Part shown: piece by piece, positions 24,504 through 32,000 of the stretch | How positions within the stretch are numbered: position 1 is the stretch's first letter | How the letters are laid out: the number at the start of each line of letters is the position of its first letter | Assembly: GCF_000019345.1 (NCBI RefSeq) | Contig: NC_010503.1 | Span: 330,001-362,000, forward strand | Reading direction: 5' to 3' | Source: Ureaplasma parvum serovar 3 str. ATCC 27815 | GTDB taxonomy: Bacteria > Bacillota_I > Bacilli_A > Mycoplasmatales > Mycoplasmoidaceae | Length of the DNA: 32,000 nt | Made by a program: the position numbers and the translations under genes | The notes under the pieces: model-generated | The model's database searches: none | What the model saw: only the letters and a program-made list of their open reading frames with translations | Told to the model about the DNA's origin: nothing

Positions 24504-25064
24504 ATGTTTGAACAAGTATTTTTTTTAGCATCCATTAACGACAAAAAGATTATTAGATGATTATATGAACGTTATCATAAAATTTTTTTAAAATATATTA
24601 ATGAGCAATTGAATTTTAAATTTTATACTTTAGAGATTGAAGCAAATGATTTAAAAACTATTATTTATGAAATATTTTTAAAAATATTTCAAGTAACTAG
24701 AATTAAAAGTTTAAATCAATTTATAGGATTTGTTAAACGGCAAATTTATTTTTATTTAGTATATTTATTACGTAAATCTTTATCTAATAAAAATTTAGTT
24801 AATCATTTAAATAATAATAATTTTGAAAATTATGAATTAATTAGTACCAATTCAGATGAAGTTGGTGCTGAATTAAACAACAGATTTTTAATTTATGAAT
24901 TTTTAAGAAGTATTCAGAAAGAAAATTTATTTTTATATCATTTTACTATTTTAATTATTAAAGGATATAATACAAAGGAAATTAGTGAAATTTTAAAAAT
25001 TAATTCTGCAAAAATTTATTATTATAAAGCACTTTTAAAAAAATATATAAAAAAATTATTATAA
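24504..25064 (+). CDS. Small ECF-like (sigma-70 family group 4) alternative sigma factor, 186 aa
   Basis: The RBS AAGAGG is at 24491-24496 and the ATG at 24504. TGA 24558 joins it to track ORF 24609-25064. Region 2-like sequence: EANDLKTIIYEIFLKIF...FIGFVKRQIYFYLVYLLRK. Region 4.2 HTH-like sequence: GYNTKEISEILKINSAKIYYYKALLKKYIKK. Confidence 0.65.
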
Positions 25065-25105
25065 AAATACTGGGGTGAAGTTACTTTCATTTCCCAGTAT
25101 TTTTA
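25064..25105. terminator. Bidirectional terminator between the sigma factor gene (+) and rpsT (-)
   Basis: aaaatactggg (25064-25074) pairs with cccagtatttt (25093-25103). It is flanked by an A-run and a T-run. Confidence 0.7.
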
Positions 25106-25131
25106 TAAAAGAATCAAAAGATTTTCTTAAT

Positions 25132-25386
25132 TTATGCTGTGACTTCTAAGTTTGTTTTAAAAGCTTTTGCTGTTCTTGATTTTAAACGATTTGCTTTATT
25201 TTTGTGAATAACACCTTTTGAAGCTGTTGTATCAATGACTTTGTAAGCTTCATTAAGTTGAGCTTGTTCATTTGAACTTCTTGTTTTTTTAACAATTGTT
25301 CTTAATTTAGACATTTTAGCATGATTTTCCTTACGTACTTTTTGCGTATGTCTGTATGTTTTTTCATTTGAAACAATATTTGCCAT
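25132..25386 (-). CDS. rpsT: 30S ribosomal protein S20
   Basis: [34 protein letters not shown]...[15 protein letters not shown] is the canonical S20 sequence. A strong RBS GGAGG lies upstream (complement of cctcc, 25394-25398). Confidence 0.93.
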
Positions 25387-25567
25387 ATACTCGCCTCCTA
25401 CCTAATATTTGAATTCTAAAGTTTAATTTCATGTTTGAATATAACTTGTTTATTATATCAAAAATAATAAATAAAAAAAAATAAATGTTTTAACAGATTA
25501 AATTTATTTATTAAAAATAAGATGAATTTTCTAAAGCTTTCATAACTTTTAAGTTATACTTTAATGG

Positions 25568-25935
25568 TGTAAAAAGCTAATTGCTGCATTTTTTAAAAAA
25601 TGTAGAGGAAAGTCCGTGCTCACACTAACTGTGATGTTAGTAGTGTTTGTGTATGTATAATTAATAAGGCATAGCATAGGCATATGACGGCAAATTTTTA
25701 AGCTAAGTGATTTAAATTATATGTTTAAAAATTTATAAAAGTGCCACAGAGACGATTAATCAAGAAATTGATGAGATGAAACGTTGGTAAACCCCACAAG
25801 TGAGAAACCTAAATTTCGGTAAGGGAATCTAATTTAGTAAATTAAGAAATTAAATTAGGATAGAATTGTTTACATTCTATAGATAAATAATTAGCGCTAC
25901 ATTTTTGTAGAACAGAACACGGCTTATTTTTACAT
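25568..25935 (+). ncRNA. rnpB: RNase P RNA (type B, Firmicutes/Mollicutes)
   Basis: The conserved P4 halves are gaggaaagtccg (25604-) and acagaacacggcttat (25912-). The blocks agtgccacagagacg and ggtaaaccccac are also present. P1 pairs gtaaaaagc (25568-25576) with gcttatttttac (25922-25933). Both ends are approximate. Confidence 0.9.
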
Positions 25936-25937
25936 GC

Positions 25938-25972
25938 AAAAACCCACTCTTATAAAAAAGAGTGGGTTTTTG
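25938..25972. terminator. Terminator after rnpB, probably bidirectional and also serving the rimI operon
   Basis: aaaaacccactct (25938-25950), loop tataaaaa, agagtgggttttt (25959-25971). Confidence 0.8.
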
Positions 25973-25974
25973 TA

Positions 25975-26415
25975 TTATGTTTGATTATATTTTCAAATCA
26001 TTAAAATAGCATCAGAACCATTGGCATAATATCTTTTGCGAATGTTTTGTTTTATAAAACCATGCTTTAAATAAAAATTTAATGCATTTGTATTAAGATC
26101 GCTTACTTCTAATAATATGTTTTGCTTTTTTTGTTTTAATAAATCAATTAATAAACTACCAATTTTTAAATTACGATAATTTTCATCAACACCAATTTTT
26201 AAAATTTCATTAAAATCAACACTCTTCATATAAATTAAATAAGCAATGTTTTTTTGCTCATATTCAACAATTATTATTTGATAATTTGAATTATGAAAAA
26301 TTTCTTCTAAATTTCTCATCGAATAACAATCATTTAAGAAAAATCTATTTTCAAAAATAGCAATATCATTCAAATCTTTTTGATCAGCAGGTCTAATTAA
26401 GAGGTTTTTTAACAT
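25975..26415 (-). CDS. rimI: GNAT acetyltransferase, RimI-like (ribosomal-protein-alanine N-acetyltransferase)
   Basis: It has a GNAT fold pattern (IAYLIY...ILKIGVDENYRNLKIGSLLI..., FYLKHGF) and sits directly downstream of tsaB, as in many Firmicutes. TGA 25993 is read through to TAA 25975-25977. Confidence 0.7.
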
Positions 26416-26968
26416 AATTTAATCTAAAATCTAAGATATTAGTTAACTTAAAATTATCAAATTTTAAGTTATATATGAGATCATGATAGTCAATTTGATT
26501 TGCATCAATTATTGTTAATGATGTATTTTTTAATTCATTTTGTAATTCTTTATTAGTAATAATTTTATATTCGTTTTGAATATTATTAGTAATAGTTATT
26601 ACATACGATTTATTACCTTTAGCATCTAAATAAACAAAAACATCATTCTTACCATTGGCTATAATATTTAAACTATCATTAATAAAAAGTTTAATTTTAT
26701 TAAAAATTGTACAAATCGTTTTAGCAACAATAGCACCAACACGTATTCCAGTAAATGATCCTGGACCAGTATTTAAATATATTGCTTCTAGATCTTGATA
26801 TTGCAAGTTAGTGATTTTTAATAAATTATTAAGGTGTTCAACAATAATATCTGTAAGATTATTGTTTGTATCAACAATAATGCTAGTATGGATTTTAAAG
26901 TTTTTATAAATTGCTAAAATACATTTTCTTGATGTAACATCAATAAACAATTGGTATGTACTATTCAT
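26393..26968 (-). CDS. tsaB: tRNA t6A37 biosynthesis protein TsaB (YeaZ)
   Basis: The motif NTGPGSFTGIRVGAIVAK is diagnostic for TsaB/YeaZ. It overlaps rimI by 23 nt and rluD by 8 nt. Confidence 0.85.
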   Translation of the reverse strand: MNSTYQLFIDVTSRKCILAIYKNFKIHTSIIVDTNNNLTDIIVEHLNNLLKITNLQYQDLEAIYLNTGPGSFTGIRVGAIVAKTICTIFNKIKLFINDSLNIIANGKNDVFVYLDAKGNKSYVITITNNIQNEYKIITNKELQNELKNTSLTIIDANQIDYHDLIYNLKFDNFKLTNILDFRLNYVKKPLN

Positions 26969-27860
26969 TTGCTTTTAACTCTCTAATTAATTCCATAAAT
27001 TCTTTTGGCATATTGATTTTAAATTCTACTTTTTTATTAGTGGATGGATGATTAAAACTAATATAAAAACTATGCAAGTATTGCTCGTATTCTGTGGTAT
27101 GTTTACTAATCCCATATAAAGGATCATTATAAACAGGGTGATTAATATAACGCATATGAACCCGTATTTGATGAGTTCTACCAGTAATAATACTTACTTC
27201 AACAAGGGCGGTATTTTTATATTGCTCAAGTACTTTAACGATACTGATAGCCTCTTTAGTATTTTTAGAATTGCCTGTTTTCATTCTTAATTTATCTTGA
27301 TAACTATGGCCAATAGGCTCATTGATCATAAAATGCAAATGCTGCATATCAAAACGATTATGAACAATAGCATAATAACTTTTTCTTATGGTTTTTTGCA
27401 TAAATTGTTGTTGCAAAGAATTAAGCGCTATTTGATTTTTACAAATTATAATTAATCCAGATGTATTTTTATCCAAACGATGTGTAATATAAAAATTATC
27501 AGTTTTTAAATAATATTTTAAAGCGTTTGCTAATGTATTTTGCTCATGAAAACTAGTTGGATGAACTAACATACCAGAAGGTTTGTTAACGATCAATAGA
27601 TCCTGATCTTCAAAGATAATTTCTAATGAATATACAAACGGTAACAATTTTTTTTGCTCTTGCACTATAGGTAGTTCGTTATTGATTTGAATATAATCAT
27701 TCTTTTTTAATAAATAACTTGCTTTACTAATAAAATTGTCATTAACTAATATTAGGTTTTGGTCTAACATTTTTTTAATTAATGTTCGTGAATAATTAGT
27801 ATTTTCTACTAAAAATTTATCGATGCGTTGAGACGACATTAAAGAATATAGTATTTTCAT
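26961..27860 (-). CDS. rluD: RluA-family 23S rRNA pseudouridine synthase (RluD-like) with an N-terminal S4 domain
   Basis: The catalytic motif HRLDKNTSGL is present, along with ITGRTHQIRVHM and an N-terminal S4-like RIDKFL...SRTLIKKML. Confidence 0.88.
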   Translation of the reverse strand: MKILYSLMSSQRIDKFLVENTNYSRTLIKKMLDQNLILVNDNFISKASYLLKKNDYIQINNELPIVQEQKKLLPFVYSLEIIFEDQDLLIVNKPSGMLVHPTSFHEQNTLANALKYYLKTDNFYITHRLDKNTSGLIIICKNQIALNSLQQQFMQKTIRKSYYAIVHNRFDMQHLHFMINEPIGHSYQDKLRMKTGNSKNTKEAISIVKVLEQYKNTALVEVSIITGRTHQIRVHMRYINHPVYNDPLYGISKHTTEYEQYLHSFYISFNHPSTNKKVEFKINMPKEFMELIRELKANE

Positions 27861-27862
27861 TG

Positions 27863-28654
27863 CTATGATTTTTTTAAGTCATCATATCCGAATGGTTTGT
27901 TAGAAATTTCGTTGATTTCTAAATCATTCTCATCGGCAACTTTTTTTATAATGTCTTGATTATCACTATCATTTTTTCATTTGATAATAAATCTAATAAC
28001 TAAAATAACAACTAATACACAAACACCAACAACAATATAAACATCAAAAAGATTAATTATACTATTAACAAATTTTCAATAATCAACAACACCATTAATA
28101 ACATCATCGCCTCCACCAACACTATTAGGATTTATAAGGCTATTGTGAAATATATTTGGTAAAGCATTGAATAATTCAAATTCTGGAATTGAGCGATCAA
28201 TAATATTTCCTAAACCGCCAAATAATAGAAAAAGCAATGGAACATAATAACAAGAATTTTTTAAAAAAATAAATGATAAAAATCCTAATATGATGGGGAT
28301 TGATTGTAAAGTATAAACAATTCCGCTATGGTTATTAATTCTACCAAGAGCAATCCCATTATTAAGTGTAAAATGAAAAATAGGACCATGATGCGTTTCT
28401 TTTGTTTTGACAACTAAATCAATAGCTCATTCACGAACCAAAAAACCTGATAATAGCACAATTAAAGCAACAATAATAAAATTAATTATTTTATAAAAAA
28501 TTACATCTAATGATGTTATTGATAAAAAGTAATCACGAATGCTTTTATTGTTTATTTTTAAAATAATTTTCTCAAAAAAATTTATTTTTCTAAGTGATTG
28601 ATTAAATTTTTTAATTATTATATAAAAATTTGAATTTTTGATTTTTTGAAGCAT
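27863..28654 (-). CDS. lspA: Lipoprotein signal peptidase II (LspA) with N- and C-terminal extensions
   Basis: Track ORF 28427-28654 continues through TGA codons at 28427, 28074 and 27978. LspA motifs are FHFTLNNGIALG and GGLGNIIDRS...GVVDYWKF. The gene ends at TAG 27863-27865. Its start ATG (28654-28652) overlaps the ppa stop by 1 nt. Confidence 0.8.
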
Positions 28655-29199
28655 TATTTAATGTACTTTTCTGGACGTTCTTTCATCATTTTAGTTACAA
28701 ATTCATCTTTTTTAAGATGGCCATATTCTTTCATTAAAAGAACACATTCTTCATATTCTTTTTGAGCTCATATTTCATCTTCAAACCCCAAGATTTTAAC
28801 TTTTTTATTTTGTAAGTTTTTGTAATTTTCAAAGAAATCTTGCACTTCTGCTAATCAATGTAATGGAATATCTTTGAAATTATTAATGTGTTTATAACGA
28901 GGATCAACATCAATAACTGCCAATAATTTAGTATCTGTTTCTCCTCCATCAATCATTTTCATGGCGCCCAAAACACGTGCAGGTACTTTAATTCCTGGTT
29001 GGAATGCTTGATCAGCAAAAACCAAAACATCCAATTCGTCACCATCATAATCTAATGCTTCTTTTAAAAAACCATAATTATGAGGATAAACCATTGAACC
29101 GTGTAAGATACGATCAACCATGATTTCTTTAGTTGCACGATCATATTCATATTTAATATTTGAGTTCTTTGGAATTTCAATAGTTACATTTAATTTCAT
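28654..29199 (-). CDS. ppa: Inorganic pyrophosphatase (family I)
   Basis: The sequence is [14 protein letters not shown]...YPHNYGF...DGDELDVLV...[18 protein letters not shown] codons at 28855 and 28768 are read through to TAA 28654-28656. The RBS is AGGAGAGG. Confidence 0.92.
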
Positions 29200-29364
29200 A
29201 CTACCTCTCCTTTTTATTAATCTAAATATCCTTAACTAATATTTTATAATTATATTATGTTTGTCTTATTTTATATTTGATAAAAATAATTGATTACCAA
29301 TAAAATATACTTAGAAATAATTAGTATCATTAACATAGAAATAAAAATAGTAAGGATATAGAAG

Positions 29365-29745
29365 ATGAAAAATTTTTCAAAAAATAGAAATATTAATAAT
29401 TTTAAAAACCCTTTAAGAGTTATTGAAGGAATTGTTCGTGAAATTAAAAATAATGAACTTCAAATTGATTTTGTTAATAGTCATAAAAAAGGAGTTTGTA
29501 AGTTTATTAATTTGACAGATTATCATTGAAATACAATTTCTTCGCGTTTTTTAATTAACAGTAAACACTTATTTTTAGTTTCAAAATTTGACCCAATTCG
29601 TCATGTTTATTGATTAAATTATAAAATTATTCATCCTATTGAAATTAAAAACAAACGTCGTTCTTACCCCACTTTATCTCATGATAGAAATTTACGGATC
29701 TTTTTAAATAATCTATTAGAAAAAGAAAATGAATTAAAAAACTAA
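29365..29745 (+). CDS. Small basic hypothetical protein (126 aa), possibly with a degenerate S1/OB-fold
   Basis: The RBS AAGGA is at 29353-29357 and the ATG at 29365. Two in-frame TGA codons explain its absence from the track. It ends at TAA 29743-29745. The pattern EGIVREIKNNELQIDFVNSHKKGVCKF loosely resembles G.V..I...G..V.......G in S1 domains. Confidence 0.5.
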
Positions 29746-29953
29746 AAATTTTTAACATATGAATTAAATTTTAAAATCAATTTATTTCATTAATTTAGAG
29801 AATTTTAATTATCAAAAAGCATTAAAAATTATTTTTATGTTCTAATAAATTTTATAAACATAATAAAAAAATAATTTATTGAAAAGTATAATTTTAAACA
29901 ATGAAAACAAAAAAAGAGAAGATAAAAACATTTTTTTGCTTAAAATTATTATT

Positions 29954-32000
29954 ATGTTTAGAAATTTAATTAAGAATGTCTATCGTTATTTGCTAAAAAG
30001 CAAAGCCTCTTTTATAGGTCTTTGCCTTTTATTGTTTGTGTCAATCTTTAGTTTTAGTATGTTAACAAATCTTTCTAAAACATTAACAAGATCATATACA
30101 AACTTAGTCAATAGACAAAAATTACATGATATAACTGTTAATGAAAGTTATATTGAAGATCAAAAAGATATTAAACAAGCTCAATTCAATAAGCTTTTAG
30201 AAGAATTAAAAGTTTTTTATGCACAAAAAGGTTTGAATTTTGATTGAACTCGTTCTAATTCATTGATTGTTAATTCGACAAAAGATGATATTACTTATAA
30301 AATTGTTCAGTATTCAACAAGTAAAACGATTAATACATTCGATAAACAAACAAGTGAACGTTTGATTAAAAATAGTTTTTCTGATATTGATTTATATGGG
30401 ATTTTAAATAATGCTAAAGTAGATGTTATTGATTTAATCAAAACTAAAACTTTAAATGCCAGTTTTGTCATTAATAATTTAAAAGAATTAGACAATAAAC
30501 AAAAAAGTAATTTGGTAAAATTAGCTAAAGTTGATAATTACGATGTTAGTATTAGTCAACAAGCACGACTTTATTTATTAAAAAATATTGTTTATGGTGC
30601 ATGACCATCAAAAACCAATAATTTATATAAAAAATTTAAAAAAGCTTATGAATATAGTCTAGAAGATAAAAATTACGATCCTTTAATTGGTAATATAAAA
30701 TTAAACAACAAAGCTAATTTTGATATTTTAGAAGCAAAAGAGATTAGCACACAATTCATTTTAATGTTATATCCATCAAAAAAAGGTATAAGTATAAATG
30801 GTAATGTTAATACTATTGTTAAAGGGCATCGAATAACTTTTAGTTTTGAACCCGCAGGGATTCCTATTCCAGTCTATTTTGATGTTAAATCTGCATACGC
30901 ATTAGTTGGTTTAGGTGCTTTTTTGTCTAATCATAACAAACAAAAATACCCAATGTATTTATGACAAAAAGCTTTAGTCGACCACGAAGAACAACAAAGT
31001 TTTGAAAAGTGATTCAATAGTTTGGATGAAAAATATATTATTCATATTGATAACACACCTTATTTAATTTTAGATAGTGGTATTACTCCTGATTTTATGT
31101 ATCCGATTATCTCATTCACTTCTGTTATTCCTAATCCAAAAAAAGAAGGACTAGTATATGTTAACTTAAATGGATATGCCCGTATTTACGATGCTTTTAG
31201 ATCTAATCCAATTGAAAATAATTTACAAATTCGTATCACAAATCAAAAGCATCAATCCGTTGATATCAGTATTTTAAAAAAAATTGTTAAAAATTTAAAT
31301 GATCAAATTAAAAAAGATGCTATCATGAACTGACCAACAAGTTTAGATGCTGCTTATTTAAAAGATGATACTAATAATCATATTACACCAAGCCCATTAA
31401 GATTAGTTTTCATTAACAAAATTACGAACACAATACAAACTTTTAGTGTTTTAATAACTTTATTTATTTTGATTCTAACAATTTTTGTAATTGTTATCAT
31501 CATCAACCGTTTTTTAGCACAAAATAAAATTAATATTGGTATTTCTATTGCTAATGGTGTTCCTCGTTGAAAAATCATTTTAAGTTTTGCTTTTATTGGA
31601 TTAATTCCATGTGTTATTGGTGGATTATGCGGTTATTTAACAGCTTATTTTACTCAAAATTTAGCAATTAATATTTTTAGTGGTTATTGATTAATTCCTA
31701 CAGTTTTAGAAAACTTTAATTTTGGTGCTTTAATAACAGTTATTATTTTCCCTTTTTTGTTGTTTTTTATTTTAATAGTTGGATTAGGTTATTGATCAAT
31801 AAGAAAACCACCAATTGATTTAATGCGTGGAACTGAAACATTTAAAATTTCTAAAATTGTTTATGTAATTAAATTTCCATTTAAATATATTAGTGGTTTT
31901 AATAAGTATTTAATTACACTATCTTTTTCATCAATTACAAGAATTATTATTTTTTCAATTATGATTGCTTTATCATTTGGATCGATTATGTTTTTAACTG
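29954..32000 (+). CDS. Large FtsX/MacB-type ABC transporter permease, 3'-truncated by the window edge
   Basis: Track ORFs 29879-30247, 30263-30604, 30764-30964 and 31022-31333 are all in frame 2, joined by TGA codons. Frame 2 stays open to nt 32000. The N-terminus is MFRNLIKNVYRYLLKSKASFIGLCLLLFVSIF (a TM segment). A ~470-aa extracytoplasmic region follows, then FtsX-like TM segments (IGISIANGVPRWKIILSFAFIGLIPCVIGGLCGY...). An alternative TTG start lies at 29879. Confidence 0.8.

Noticed and set aside
29879-29953. TTG start at 29879 for the ABC permease, as in the ORF track
   Set aside because: The 25 extra codons (MKSIILNNENKKREDKNIFLLKIII) precede a canonical permease N-terminus that starts at ATG 29954. 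The ATG start is more plausible, though the TTG start is not excluded.
30307-31578. Minus-strand ORFs 30307-30495 and 31378-31578
   Set aside because: They are antisense to the continuous frame-2 ABC permease ORF.

Overview
This is a very AT-rich Mollicutes (Mycoplasma/Ureaplasma-type) chromosomal segment that has to be read with translation table 4 (TGA=Trp). The supplied ORF track used the standard code and breaks most genes at in-frame TGA codons. I merged the fragments by reading across each TGA by eye. Content in order: (1) The last 7.7 kb of a giant gene (>2,560 codons, 5' end outside the window). It is built from eight tandem, diverged ~290-aa modules plus a compositionally distinct Trp-rich C-terminal domain, and is followed by a lipoprotein gene. 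(2) A housekeeping block: yebC-like, a membrane-anchored hypothetical, convergent recU, efp, asp23-like, nusB, rsmE and a 4-TM membrane protein. (3) A complete 16S-23S-5S rRNA operon with two tandem consensus promoters, long-range processing stems and no spacer tRNA. (4) greA and a five-tRNA cluster (Tyr-Gln-Lys-Leu-Gly). (5) An NPPF-motif methyltransferase and endonuclease IV. (6) A Bacillus-type DnaB/DnaI helicase-loader pair, divergent from a small ECF-like alternative sigma factor across a 336-nt control region. (7) rpsT, RNase P RNA, and a tightly overlapping minus-strand operon ppa-lspA-rluD-tsaB-rimI. (8) A small basic protein and the 5' part of a large FtsX-type ABC permease. I saw no CRISPR array, transposase/integrase, restriction-modification or recognisable toxin/defence genes. 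Most of the window is core genome. The items most worth follow-up are the giant modular protein, the alternative sigma factor with its candidate non-sigma70 promoter and palindrome, an EF-P lacking the canonical modifiable lysine, and a GC-enriched structured region downstream of dnaI. Coordinates of RNA ends, promoters and terminators are by-eye estimates (a few nt uncertainty).
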